A stretch of 64,000 nt of DNA from Myxococcota bacterium (lineage in GTDB: Bacteria > Myxococcota_A > UBA796 > CAJQPC01): NCBI GenBank assembly GCA_036012755.1, contig DASCPX010000149.1, positions 1 through 64,000 of the forward strand. The letters are read 5' to 3'. The notes under the pieces are model-generated. The model was not told the DNA's origin, did no database searches, and worked only from the letters and a program-made list of their open reading frames with translations. Below are positions 50,136 to 60,053 of the stretch, piece by piece (within the stretch, counting starts at the first letter, position 1; each line of letters opens with the position of its first letter). A program made the translations under genes and the position numbers.

Positions 50136-50695
50136 ATCCCGGCGGCCTCGACCTCGGCCCACCAACGAACAGGCGGCGGGAGCGGACTCAGGGCAGCGGC
50201 CAGGGCCGACAGGAGGAGCTCCGATGTCCTCTCCTGGGCGAGCACACCCTCATCCGGAGTCGCCGCCTCGATCCACTGTCGCCCAGTGCCCTCGGCTCGC
50301 TGGAGGAAGGCCTCCGGAGTGAGCACGGTGTAGGTGCCAGGCTCGAAGGTCTCGCTGAAGTACCGCCGCACCCGAGGCACGTGGTAGCCGTGGGTGATCA
50401 CGCCGAGGCGACCGAGACCTGCGGCCCTGACCTCGTGCAGCGCAGCGATGGCCTCCTCCCGCGTGCTCCGCGTGCGCTCATCGAGCACGATTCGCTCCCG
50501 CGCGACACCCAGCTCGGTGAGCGCGGCGAGCACGATCTGGGAGCCGGGCCGGTTCTGGCCCTTGAGCTGGGCCTCCAGGCACAACACCACCCTCGCCCCC
50601 TCGCGAAGGGCCACGCTCGCCGCTGCGGCGCGCGCACGAAGCTCGCGGTGCCCCCGCTCGGGGTACCGGCGGAGCTCCTTTCCGAGCACGATCAC
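50117..50695 (-). CDS. YdcF/DUF218 family protein
   Basis: IVLG, ERIVLDERTRSTREEA, ITHGYHVPR. Confidence 0.8.
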   Translation of the reverse strand: MIVLGKELRRYPERGHRELRARAAAASVALREGARVVLCLEAQLKGQNRPGSQIVLAALTELGVARERIVLDERTRSTREEAIAALHEVRAAGLGRLGVITHGYHVPRVRRYFSETFEPGTYTVLTPEAFLQRAEGTGRQWIEAATPDEGVLAQERTSELLLSALAAALSPLPPPVRWWAEVEAAGIYRSVS

Positions 50696-50712
50696 TGCAT
50701 CGAGAGCCGAAG

Positions 50713-51474
50713 CTACTGGAACAACACGTAGGAGACCTCGCCCGGGTCGTCGCAGTCGTCCGAGGCGCGGTAGCTGTTGATGTTGCAGGTGACGAAGTAG
50801 CTGTCGTCGATCTCCATGCCGGCGTCCTCGCCCGGGTAGAGGCTGAGGCTGTCGCTGTCGCTCTCGAAGTCGACGACGAGGGACTCCGTGTCTCCGCAGT
50901 CATCCTCGACGGTGCCCGCGGTGCGGGTCGCCGAGACATCGAGGCCGCCGAGCTCGTCGGTCGAGAGGGCGGCACCGCCGTGGCCGGCCTCCATCACGTA
51001 GATCATGCTGTCGGAGTCCTCGACCACGAAGCCGGCGCTCCCGTCGAGCTCGCCGCGCTTGATGGTCACGACGACCTGGTCACCCTCCCAGGCGTTGACC
51101 GCGGGTGTCGAGTCCCAGCCGTCACCCGCGTACCAGGCGTAGCCGATTTGCCAGGTGTCTCCACTGTCGTCCTCGATCGTGAGGATGCGAGCGGGCTGCT
51201 GGTTGCAGCTGAAGATGTTCCCGATGTCGCGGGTGCCGTAGTCGTCGGAGAGGATGCGGCCGCGGATGGTGTAGGTGTCCTGGTCGTCCACGTCAGCGTC
51301 ACTGCCCAGGCAGACCACCGAGGTGCCGGTCATCGAGTCCATGGCGTAGTCGTTGGCGAAGCCGACACCGCCGTCACCCCAGATGGAGTTCCCGACGAGG
51401 GCGCCGCCCGCGAAGGAGCAGCCGGTGAGGGCGAGGACGAGGCCTGCGGAGGCGAGAACGAGGGTAGAACGCAT
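50713..51474 (-). CDS. Acidic lipoprotein of unknown function, paralog A
   Basis: Lipobox LTGC; colinear with the neighbouring gene. Confidence 0.75.
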   Translation of the reverse strand: MRSTLVLASAGLVLALTGCSFAGGALVGNSIWGDGGVGFANDYAMDSMTGTSVVCLGSDADVDDQDTYTIRGRILSDDYGTRDIGNIFSCNQQPARILTIEDDSGDTWQIGYAWYAGDGWDSTPAVNAWEGDQVVVTIKRGELDGSAGFVVEDSDSMIYVMEAGHGGAALSTDELGGLDVSATRTAGTVEDDCGDTESLVVDFESDSDSLSLYPGEDAGMEIDDSYFVTCNINSYRASDDCDDPGEVSYVLFQ

Positions 51475-51590
51475 GGAGGACTCCGGGGGCGCCCCGTGAC
51501 GGCAAGGGCACCAACGGATCCAGGATACCGGACCCGTCGACGCCCTGCGACCTCGATCCGCAGCAAGTGTACGCGCGAGGAGATCAGCTC

Positions 51591-52373
51591 CTAGCGGAAG
51601 ACGACCCAGCTGGTCTCGCCAGCGTCATCCTCGCAGTCCCCTTCGACGTAGCGGACGGACTCGATGGTGCAGACGGTGAGGTAGTCGTCATCGACCTCCA
51701 TGCCGCGATCCTCGCCCGCGTACATGACCAGGCGGTCCTGGTCGGACTCGAAGATGACGCTGATGGACTCGGTCTCGCCGCAGTCGCCGGAGCCGTTCCC
51801 GACGACGTCGCCGTCTTCGACATCGAGCCCGCCGATGTCGCCGTTCTGGAGCGCGGGGCCGCCGATGCCGGACTCGAGCGCGTAGAGGGCACCCTCGCCG
51901 TCGTAGACGACCATGCCGGCTGCGGAGCTGCCCTCGGGGTTGCGGACGAGGACCTCGACCTGCTGGCCGCGATCGGCCCAGACGGTGGGCGTGGAGTCCC
52001 AGTCGCCCTCGATCCAGGCGTACCCGATGGTCCACTCGACGCCGTCACCGTCCTCGATGACCAGGGTCTGCTGGACGTCGTTCTGGCAACCGACGAGGTT
52101 GTCGAAGCCAGGCACCTGGTCCTCGGACCAGTCGCTGCTGACGACGCGGCCGCGGATGAAGTACTCGTCCGTAGGCTCGACGTCCGTGTCGGCGCCGAGG
52201 CAGACGGCGGAGGTTCCGTTCATGGACGAGACAACGCCAGGCTCGCCGGGGAAGATCTGCTGATCGCCCCACAGGCCATTGCCGACGAGGGCCCCGCCCA
52301 CGAAGGTGCAGCCGGTCGTGGCTGCCAGCGAGATGATGAGGGTTCCGAAGGTGGCGATCTCGAAGGTGCGCAT
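51591..52373 (-). CDS. Acidic lipoprotein of unknown function, paralog B
   Basis: TTGC; GCTFVGGALVGNGLWGD matches paralog A. Confidence 0.75.
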   Translation of the reverse strand: MRTFEIATFGTLIISLAATTGCTFVGGALVGNGLWGDQQIFPGEPGVVSSMNGTSAVCLGADTDVEPTDEYFIRGRVVSSDWSEDQVPGFDNLVGCQNDVQQTLVIEDGDGVEWTIGYAWIEGDWDSTPTVWADRGQQVEVLVRNPEGSSAAGMVVYDGEGALYALESGIGGPALQNGDIGGLDVEDGDVVGNGSGDCGETESISVIFESDQDRLVMYAGEDRGMEVDDDYLTVCTIESVRYVEGDCEDDAGETSWVVFR

Positions 52374-52409
52374 GAAGGCTCCGGGCAGGTGAGTGTCACG
52401 AGGGCCATT

Positions 52410-52425
52410 TGCAACCTCCGTGCCA
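52410..52425 (-). promoter_or_regulatory. Sigma54 -24/-12 promoter
   Basis: Reverse complement reads TGGCACG-GAGG-TTGCA, 37 nt upstream of ATG 52373. Confidence 0.8.
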
Positions 52426-52476
52426 GCCTTCCAAGTGCCTGAGATCACACTGGCGGACGATGGGAGCGTCGCCTGG

Positions 52477-54612
52477 TCATGACGCAGGTGTCGCTGTTGC
52501 TTTCCAGGACGCGAGCAAGAGGACGACGAGCCACCCCAGCGAGGACCAGATCGAAAGACGCCACCAGGGCCTGTAGGCGAAGAGGACCTCGTGGGTGCCC
52601 TGGTCCAGATCGATGGCCCGGTGGTCGGGGGCGACGCGGCGGACCTCGACGGGAGCTCCGTCGACCTCGGCGACCCAACCGGGGTACCAGGTGTCGGCCA
52701 ACACGAGGGTCCCGGGCTGCGCGCTCGTCACCCGCAGACGGACGCGCTCGTCGTGGTCCTCGAGCCACTCGAGATGGTGCTCGGAGTCCATCCGGGCTCG
52801 CGGGAGCACGGCCAGGTTCTCGTAGATCCGGACCTCGCCGTCGTCCTGCGCCAGGTGCAGGTCCGGATGCTCCAGCTCGTGCACGGACAGGAGCCAGCGC
52901 ACCGAGAGCTGCGAGGCGACGTCGAGGTTCTCGACGAGATCGCGAGCCTTGGACGGTCCGTGGTCGAGGCCGACGTCGAGGCCCGCCGAGTGCAGCGTCT
53001 CCTCGTGATCCGGCAGCAACAGCGGCGAGAGCACGATGACGTCCGACAGCCCCCACAAGAGCCCCAGCGAGGACGCCACGAGCCGCTTGTCCAGCTGAGG
53101 CGGCTGGACACGATCCACGGTGGCGATGCGGCCGCCCGTCAGGGCCGAGATGCCATCGGGAGCGTCCACGACCTCTGAAGGAAGACGCGGGTTGTAGCCG
53201 GCGAGGGAGACGGACAGGTCGACGAAGAGCAGGATGGACAGGGACAGCGGCAGGCGGCGACCCGTCTTGCTCAGCGCGACCATGCCGAGCAGGAAGGCGA
53301 CCGGGAGCGACAGGCCCCACGTCGCGTTCCACCGCATGCCCGAAGCGAGCATCTCGACCCGATCGGGACCGAGCACCCCGCTGAGGAGACCGCCGAGGAC
53401 CTCTGACCCAGCCACTCCCAGCAAGACGGCGCCGACGACCAGGCCGAGCATCAGCAGGCAGGCTCTCTTCAGGCGTTCGGGATCGACGCGATCGAGGGCC
53501 CCTGTGGCGAGCACGACCGCGGCGACCGTCAGCACCAGCGAGAAGCGGACGGGGAAGCGGAAGTGGTCGAGCACGGGCAGGTGCCGCAGGGCGAGCCAGA
53601 CGAGGCCGTACTTGCCGAGCATCAGCACCAGGGCGCCGAGGCCGACCCCCTTCCAGAAGCGCGGTCCCTTGGAGACCAACGCGAGGCCCACCAGCACGAC
53701 GACGGGGAGCCCCAGGTAGAAGCAGTCCTCCCAGTGGTTCTCGCCCGTGCCGAAGTAGGCCGCGCCCTTGTGCATGTAGGTCAGCGGGATGTCCGCCGGG
53801 CGCTCCCAGCCCCAGAAGCGAGGCAACACGGCGTTGATGAGCTCCCAGGGCGGCAACGAGCCGATGCCGGCGAAGCTGGCGTCGACTCCCCCCTCTCGGG
53901 CCGAGGAGCGCACCAGCTCCCAGGTCGCCAGCACCTGGGGCGCGGCGATGAGGAGTCCTCCAAGGAAGGCGCCCGCCCCGTAGTGGAGCTTCCAGGGGAC
54001 GCGGTAGACGAAGACCAGCCCGGCGAGGGCCAGGACGATGACGGCCGCCTGGGGATGACCGGCGGTGAGGACGGCTGCGGTGACTCCTGCGAGGGCCGCG
54101 GCGGTGCGGCGATCCCTGAGCTCCCAGGCCAGGCCGACGGCGATCGGAGCCCAGGCGGCCACCGCGTGCATGCCGGCGTAGGTCGTGTGGGCGACGAGGA
54201 AGCCAGACAGGGAGAAGGCGAGGCCACCAAAGAAGCTCGCCTCGACGCTGCGCCCGAGCCGACGGCACATCCAGAAGGCGCCCAGCGCCGCGAGCAGTCC
54301 GTGCAGCAGGATGCTGACGGAGAGCGCGTGCTCAGAGGGCAGCAGCCACCCCAGCACGATGTTCGGCGGGTAGAAGACGCCGACCTGGCCGTCTGCCATC
54401 AGCGGGAAGCCGCCCCCGACGTCCGCAGACCAGAGCGGAACCTCGCCAGCCGCCCAGCGCTCGGCCGCCCAGTGGCGCCAGGGATGGTGGTGGTGGCGAA
54501 GGTCATGGACCCAGTGGACGGCCCCGAGCAACACGTCGGGGGTCTGGGCCAACACCGCCAGCACCAGCCCCACGACGGCCTGCCTCGTCTTCAGCCGGGG
54601 CGCGCTCATCAC
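52477..54612 (-). CDS. YfhO-family membrane protein (GT-C-like)
   Basis: GEVPLW....GGFP...Q..FYPPN, GHPQ, RFPVRF, LPRAR, LADTWYPGWVAEVDG. Confidence 0.85.
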   Translation of the reverse strand: MMSAPRLKTRQAVVGLVLAVLAQTPDVLLGAVHWVHDLRHHHHPWRHWAAERWAAGEVPLWSADVGGGFPLMADGQVGVFYPPNIVLGWLLPSEHALSVSILLHGLLAALGAFWMCRRLGRSVEASFFGGLAFSLSGFLVAHTTYAGMHAVAAWAPIAVGLAWELRDRRTAAALAGVTAAVLTAGHPQAAVIVLALAGLVFVYRVPWKLHYGAGAFLGGLLIAAPQVLATWELVRSSAREGGVDASFAGIGSLPPWELINAVLPRFWGWERPADIPLTYMHKGAAYFGTGENHWEDCFYLGLPVVVLVGLALVSKGPRFWKGVGLGALVLMLGKYGLVWLALRHLPVLDHFRFPVRFSLVLTVAAVVLATGALDRVDPERLKRACLLMLGLVVGAVLLGVAGSEVLGGLLSGVLGPDRVEMLASGMRWNATWGLSLPVAFLLGMVALSKTGRRLPLSLSILLFVDLSVSLAGYNPRLPSEVVDAPDGISALTGGRIATVDRVQPPQLDKRLVASSLGLLWGLSDVIVLSPLLLPDHEETLHSAGLDVGLDHGPSKARDLVENLDVASQLSVRWLLSVHELEHPDLHLAQDDGEVRIYENLAVLPRARMDSEHHLEWLEDHDERVRLRVTSAQPGTLVLADTWYPGWVAEVDGAPVEVRRVAPDHRAIDLDQGTHEVLFAYRPWWRLSIWSSLGWLVVLLLASWKATATPAS

Positions 54613-56492
54613 TCGATGTAGCCGAGGGCCTTCAGGGCCTCCTCGGTTGACCGGCTCGCAGAGGCCGACCCGCAGGCCCGCTCGATCGAGGGCGAGAGCC
54701 GGCCGAGCGCAGACGCGGCCGCCTGGGCCTGGTCGGCGACGATGTCGTGCTCCTCGCCCGGGTCGGCGACGAGGTCGTAGAACTCGGCGTGGCCGTCGTC
54801 GACGCGCAGGATGTACTTCACCCGACCCTCGACGTCCTCTGGGGGGGCCTCCTCACCTTCTCGCGGGGCCACCTTGCTCGGCGCGCGCAGGCCCACGAGG
54901 CAGCCACCCTGCAGGCCCGAGCTCTGGCGCCCGACGAGGTCGGTGACGAGCGACTTGTGGCGGGTGACCTGGGCGTAGCCGAAGAGATCGACGCCCTCCG
55001 TGGGCTCCATGGGGTCGAGCTTGATGTAGCGCAGGACCGCCGGGGCGATGTCCATCACGCGCACCTGCTGGGGTGGGCGGGTCTGGTGGATGGTCAGCCT
55101 CGGGGCGCTCACGATGAGCGGGATGCGCACGCTGTCCTCGTAGAGCCCGTGGTGTTGGAACCAGATGTCGTGCTCGCCGAGCTGCTCGCCGTGATCGGCG
55201 GTGACGATGACCAGCGTGTTGTCCGGGTCGATCGACTCGAGCAGCTCGCCGATGATGCGATCCGCGTCGGTGACCTCGGCCGCGTAGAGCCGGCGCAGCT
55301 CCTCGACCTCCTCGTCGGAGTAGCTGTGATCGGGGTCGCTCAGGAGCGCTCGGTGGTCGACAGTCGCGTCGGGGGCCTCGTAGGGGGCGTGCGGCTCGAA
55401 GAGGTGGACCCACACGAACCAGGGGCGGTCCCCCCGCGCCTCGATGAAGTCCCGAGCCAGGCCCACGGTCACGTCCCCGTCTCGCTCGAGCAGCCAGGGC
55501 GCCAGGTGGGGTCGCCCCGAGACCATCAGCGCGGACAGGGAGTACTGGACGAGCAGGATCTGGGTGAGGCCTCGAACCGGCGCGAAGTCGTCGTCGTAGA
55601 CCTGGAAGCCCGCGTCGAGGCCGGTGCGTTGGTTCACCGCGAAGGAGCTGACGAAGGCCGCGGTCGCGTAGCCCTCGTCGTCGAGGCGCTCGGCGAGGGT
55701 GACATGTCCCCTCTTGAGCGTGCCCGCGTTGGAGAGGACCTCGTGCCGCAGGGGATGCAGCGAGGTCATCATCGAGGCGTGTGAGGGAGCGGTCTCGGGA
55801 GTCGGTGTGACCGCGTCCTCGAAGACGATTCCCTGCTCTGCGAGGGCGTCGAGGTTCGGGGTCGAGGCCCGATCGCCGTAGGCACCGACGTGGTCTCGAC
55901 GGAGGGTGTCGACGGTGACGAAGAGGACGTTGGGGTCTCCCTCGAGCGCCTGGCGGCCACCGTATTGTTGGCTGGAGGAGATGCTGGAGGAGATGCCGAC
56001 CAGCACCCACGCGAAGAGGAAGGAGGCGAGCGTCCAGCCCAGCTTCGCCTCCGCGCCGAGCTCCTCGCGGCGGGCCCAGTAGCCGGCGTTGAACCAGGTG
56101 ACCCCTGCCACTCCGATGGGGCAGACCGCCATCGCGCCGATCGCCAGGGCTCCCCTGCCCTGCTGGAACATCTCCAGCGAGGCGTGCCAGAGGAAGAAGC
56201 CGCTGACGAGGAAAGCCGTGCCCGCCATGCCGGCGGCGTAGGCCCGGGAGTCCAGCGCGGCCTTCATCCGCCACTGGACGACGACGCCGACGGGCAGCGC
56301 CGCCGCGACGGCGACCAGGGCTCCACACAGCATGCTCACGGCGCCGAGCTTCGCGACCTCCACGGGGGAGAGGTCCAGCGACAGCAGCGAGACGATCTGG
56401 ACGAGCTCGAAGCCCCCGGCGATGAAGCCGATGCCCAGGGAGAGCTGGACCACGCGGAGCCAGCGTCGCTTCTCATCGAGGAGCCAGGTCAC
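54609..56492 (-). CDS. Membrane-anchored sulfatase-like transferase/hydrolase (Thr nucleophile)
   Basis: 5 TMs, VDTLRRD, TAPSH, HLFEPHAPY, ADHGE, LKALGYIE; GTG 56492 overlaps the upstream stop. Confidence 0.85.
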   Translation of the reverse strand: MTWLLDEKRRWLRVVQLSLGIGFIAGGFELVQIVSLLSLDLSPVEVAKLGAVSMLCGALVAVAAALPVGVVVQWRMKAALDSRAYAAGMAGTAFLVSGFFLWHASLEMFQQGRGALAIGAMAVCPIGVAGVTWFNAGYWARREELGAEAKLGWTLASFLFAWVLVGISSSISSSQQYGGRQALEGDPNVLFVTVDTLRRDHVGAYGDRASTPNLDALAEQGIVFEDAVTPTPETAPSHASMMTSLHPLRHEVLSNAGTLKRGHVTLAERLDDEGYATAAFVSSFAVNQRTGLDAGFQVYDDDFAPVRGLTQILLVQYSLSALMVSGRPHLAPWLLERDGDVTVGLARDFIEARGDRPWFVWVHLFEPHAPYEAPDATVDHRALLSDPDHSYSDEEVEELRRLYAAEVTDADRIIGELLESIDPDNTLVIVTADHGEQLGEHDIWFQHHGLYEDSVRIPLIVSAPRLTIHQTRPPQQVRVMDIAPAVLRYIKLDPMEPTEGVDLFGYAQVTRHKSLVTDLVGRQSSGLQGGCLVGLRAPSKVAPREGEEAPPEDVEGRVKYILRVDDGHAEFYDLVADPGEEHDIVADQAQAAASALGRLSPSIERACGSASASRSTEEALKALGYIE

Positions 56493-58243
56493 TCCCCCAC
56501 GTATCCCAGCGCTTCGAGCATCTGCCGGTCCTGCTCGTCGAGGGCGAGATCCAGGACGATGTCCCGACCGGCCAGGAGCAGGTCGAGGCGCTCGCCGGCG
56601 GCTTGGAGGGCCTCTGCGTCGGAGACCGGGAGGAGCTCGCCCGGATCCTGGACGAGGTCGTAGAGCTCCTCCGGTCGCGTGTCGTCCCCGTGGCGGATGT
56701 ACTTGGTGTCGGGCAGGCGCCAGGCCAGGTCCACCGGCGGATCGTCGACGTGACGAGCGCCCACCGTGCTCGCGACGACGGGCACGTCGGGGCAGCTGTG
56801 GCCCTCGAGCATCGGCACGAGGCTGCGACCCTGCTCGGAACCGACGGGCAGGCCGTGGAGCTCGACGAGGGTGGGCACGATGTCGATGGTGGAGACCTGG
56901 CATGCGACGCGGGTGGAGCCCATGCCGGGCTCGCGCACGATGAGCGGGATCAGCAAGGAAGGATCGTAGAGATCGTCGCCGTGGTCGAAGAGCACGCCGT
57001 GCTCGTCGAGGCTCTCTCCGTGGTCCGCGACCATGACGACGGTGGTCGTCTCGGCGAGGCCGTGCTCCTCGAGGGAGTCCAACAGGCGCCCCATCAGCGC
57101 ATCGGTCTTCTCGAGCTCCGCGTCGTAGGCCCGGGTGAGCCAGTCCTTGCTCGTGATGCCGCGGTGGTAGGGGGGCCAGTAGGCGGGGAGGTCGAGGGGC
57201 TCGCCGACCCGAGGGGCGTCGGAGGCATCTAGGGCCTCGTAGGGCGCGTGGGGATCGAAGAAGTGCACCCAGAGGAAGAACCGACCCTCGGCGTGGCGGT
57301 CCAAGAAGCGCTCGGCGCGGCTGAGGGCGACCTCGCCGTCCCGCTCCCGCAGGGCGTTTCCGGGCAGGAAGACCTGGTCCAGCAGGCGAGCGAGGGAGAG
57401 GCGATGCCAGCCAGGGAGGCGGCCGAAGTCGTCGTCGTAGACGTCGAAGCCCTGCGTCCAGCCGTACTTGCCGTGCAGTGGGAAGCCCGAGACCACGGCG
57501 CCCGTCCGGTAGCCTGCCTCCTGGAGGCGATGGACCAGGAGCTCGGGGCGCTCGCCGAGCGGGGTCGCGTTGCTGACGACGCCGTGCTCGACGGTCGGGA
57601 GTCCCGTCAGGATCGACAGGTGAGAGGCCTCCGTGAGGGGGGCCGTCGCCACCGCCGCCTCGAAGACCGCGCCCTCCGCGGCGAGCCGGTCGAGGCTGGG
57701 GGTGCTCGCCGGGCCGCCATAGGGGCCCAGGCGATCCGGCCGGGTCGTGTCCCAGGTCACGAGCAGGATGTTGTCCCCCGCCTCCGGGGTGGGAGCGGGC
57801 GGCACGGCGCGCAGCAGGCCCGCAAAGGCGGCGATGAAGCCGGCCCAGGGCAACAGCCCGCCGATCCGGACCAGCAGCCGCCCCATCGCCAGGCCGATCA
57901 GGAGCCCGCAGACGAACATCGCCGCGAGCACGCCGAGGACCGAGGGGTCCGACAGCGGCTGGTTGAGCACGATCTCGAAGCGGTAGTACAGCGCGATGTG
58001 CAAGCCGAGCAGGGCGCCGAGGACGAGCCCGTCGCTGCGCCTGGCGATGTGCCGGACCTTGCGCAGGAGGTAGGCGAGCAGGCCAAATGGCCAGGCGACA
58101 GCAAGGCCCGCGGCGACAGCGAGGGTCAGCCATGTGAGCTGCTCGAGGAAACCGAAGCCAAAGCGCGGGTCGCAGCGGACGAGGAATTCCACGCAGCCAG
58201 CGACCGCACCAAGCACCGTCGCTCTCGCCAGGGTGGCCCGCAT
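56489..58243 (-). CDS. Membrane-anchored sulfatase-like transferase/hydrolase (Thr nucleophile)
   Basis: 5 TMs, WDTTRPD, TEASH, HFFDPHAPY, ADHGE, LEALGYV. Confidence 0.85.
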   Translation of the reverse strand: MRATLARATVLGAVAGCVEFLVRCDPRFGFGFLEQLTWLTLAVAAGLAVAWPFGLLAYLLRKVRHIARRSDGLVLGALLGLHIALYYRFEIVLNQPLSDPSVLGVLAAMFVCGLLIGLAMGRLLVRIGGLLPWAGFIAAFAGLLRAVPPAPTPEAGDNILLVTWDTTRPDRLGPYGGPASTPSLDRLAAEGAVFEAAVATAPLTEASHLSILTGLPTVEHGVVSNATPLGERPELLVHRLQEAGYRTGAVVSGFPLHGKYGWTQGFDVYDDDFGRLPGWHRLSLARLLDQVFLPGNALRERDGEVALSRAERFLDRHAEGRFFLWVHFFDPHAPYEALDASDAPRVGEPLDLPAYWPPYHRGITSKDWLTRAYDAELEKTDALMGRLLDSLEEHGLAETTTVVMVADHGESLDEHGVLFDHGDDLYDPSLLIPLIVREPGMGSTRVACQVSTIDIVPTLVELHGLPVGSEQGRSLVPMLEGHSCPDVPVVASTVGARHVDDPPVDLAWRLPDTKYIRHGDDTRPEELYDLVQDPGELLPVSDAEALQAAGERLDLLLAGRDIVLDLALDEQDRQMLEALGYVGE

Positions 58244-58315
58244 GGCGGCTTTCTAACCCCTGGACCTGACCAATGCCCCGGCATACTCCGCAGCCGCCGC
58301 GGAGAGAGGGTGCAG

Positions 58316-59905
58316 ATGATCGCAGAGCAAGCCCTGAGGCGACGCACCTTCGCCATCATCAGCCACCCGGACGCCGGCAAGACCACGCTGACGGAGAAGC
58401 TCCTGCTCTACGGCGGCGCCATCCACCTCGCCGGCTCCGTGAAGTCGCGAAAAGCCTCGCGCCACGCCGTCAGTGACTGGATGGAGATGGAGAAGACCCG
58501 CGGCATCAGCATCACGAGCTCGGTGCTGCAGTTCGACTACCGGGACCGAGCGCTGAACCTGCTCGACACACCGGGCCACGCCGACTTCAGCGAGGACACC
58601 TACCGCACCCTGTCGGCGGTGGACTCGACGGTGATGCTCATCGATCACGCCAAGGGCGTCGAGTCCCGCACGCTGAAGCTCTTCGAGGTCTGCCGGCGCC
58701 GCGGCCTGCCGATCCTCACCTTCATGAACAAGCTCGACCGGGCCGGGCACGACCCCCTCGCGCTGCTCGACGAGGTCAGCGCTGCTCTGGGGGGCCTGCG
58801 CTGCGTGCCGATCAACTGGCCGATCGGCATGGGGCGGGACTTCCGGGGCGTCGTGGACGTGCGGAGCCGAGAGGTCCTGTTGTTCACTGGAGAGGGCCGA
58901 GTGGGCGCCGGCATGGTCGACACCGAGCGACTGTCCTTCGACGCCGCAAAAGAGCGCATCGGCGGCACGCTGGACGAGGTGGAGGAGGAGCTCGATCTGC
59001 TCGAGCTGGCAGGAGACGCCTGGTCCCACGATGACTTCCTCGCCGGCGAGGTGACCCCGGTGTTCTGGGGCAGCGCGATGACGAACTTCGGCATCGAGCC
59101 CTTCCTGGAGTTCCTCGTCGAGCAGTCACCTGGCCCCATGTCCCGGCAGACCGTAGACGGGCAGTGCATCGCCCCCGACTCGGAGCGCTTCAGCGGCTTC
59201 GTCTTCAAGATCCAGGCGAACATGAACCCCCGCCACCGGGACCGCATCGCCTTCATGCGCGTTGTCAGCGGCCGCTTCGAGCGCGGCATGGACGTGGCCA
59301 TCGGGCGCTCCGGAGAGACCCTGCGCCTGTCCAAGCCCCACAGCTTCATGGCCCAGGAGCGCTCAATCGTCGAGGAGGCCTTTCCAGGCGACATCGTCGG
59401 CCTCTACGACCCCGGCAAGCTCCGCATCGGCGACACCATCGCCAGCAAGGACGACAGCGGGCCCCTGAAGTACGCAGGCATCCCGCGCTTCGCCCCCGAG
59501 CACTTCGCTCGGGTGGTGCTCAAGGACCCTCTCAAGCGCAAGCAGCTCGCCGCCGGTCTCGAACAGCTCTCGCACGAGGGCGCCATCCAGCTCTTCTTCC
59601 GCCCGGAGCTGGGGCGCCAGGACCCCTACCTCGGCGCGGTCGGCATGCTGCAGTTCGAGGTGCTCAAGGAGCGCCTGAAGAACGAGTACCGGGTCGAGTG
59701 CATCCTCGAGTCCCAGCCCTTCCGGCTGGCCCGGTGGATCGGTGGGGATCCAAGCGGGCTCGAGTGGATCAAGGCCCGCCGCGACTACCGCCTGGTCGAG
59801 GACCGGACCGGCAACCCGGTGGTCCTCGCCGAGTCGCCCTGGCCACTCCAGTACGCCCAGCGAGAGAACCCGGGGCTGGAGCTCCACGAGGTCGAGCCTC
59901 TCTGA
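58316..59905 (+). CDS. prfC: Peptide chain release factor 3
   Basis: RRTFAIISHPDAGKTTLTEKLL, DTPGHADFSEDTYR, FKIQANM..HRDRIAF. Confidence 0.97.
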   Translation: MIAEQALRRRTFAIISHPDAGKTTLTEKLLLYGGAIHLAGSVKSRKASRHAVSDWMEMEKTRGISITSSVLQFDYRDRALNLLDTPGHADFSEDTYRTLSAVDSTVMLIDHAKGVESRTLKLFEVCRRRGLPILTFMNKLDRAGHDPLALLDEVSAALGGLRCVPINWPIGMGRDFRGVVDVRSREVLLFTGEGRVGAGMVDTERLSFDAAKERIGGTLDEVEEELDLLELAGDAWSHDDFLAGEVTPVFWGSAMTNFGIEPFLEFLVEQSPGPMSRQTVDGQCIAPDSERFSGFVFKIQANMNPRHRDRIAFMRVVSGRFERGMDVAIGRSGETLRLSKPHSFMAQERSIVEEAFPGDIVGLYDPGKLRIGDTIASKDDSGPLKYAGIPRFAPEHFARVVLKDPLKRKQLAAGLEQLSHEGAIQLFFRPELGRQDPYLGAVGMLQFEVLKERLKNEYRVECILESQPFRLARWIGGDPSGLEWIKARRDYRLVEDRTGNPVVLAESPWPLQYAQRENPGLELHEVEPL

Positions 59906-59907
59906 CC

Positions 59908-59935
59908 GGGACGCCTCGGGGACGCCTCGGGGACG
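59908..59935. repeat. 11-bp tandem repeat x2.5
   Basis: gggacgcctcg gggacgcctcg gggacg immediately after the prfC stop. Confidence 0.8.
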
Positions 59936-59997
59936 ATTGGGAGACGGGATGGATGCGTAACGGGCCCCTGAGTCCGCCTGGAAGGCGGATCCGCATG

Positions 59998-60013
59998 TGG
60001 CACGTCGCTTGCG
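59998..60013 (+). promoter_or_regulatory. Sigma54 -24/-12 promoter
   Basis: TGGCACG-TCGC-TTGCG with correct spacing, 40 nt upstream of ATG 60054. Confidence 0.7.
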
Positions 60014-60053
60014 TTTCAGGGTGGTGCTCATGCACCCCCACCCAGGAAACGAC

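Noticed and set aside
54609..58133. 1174-aa fused ORF
   Set aside because: The N-terminal half is an off-frame read of the 56489-58243 gene; the real start is GTG 56492.
57248..58315. Long N-terminal extension of prfC
   Set aside because: It is antisense to a sulfatase-like gene; RF3 homology and the SD point to a start at 58310-58316.
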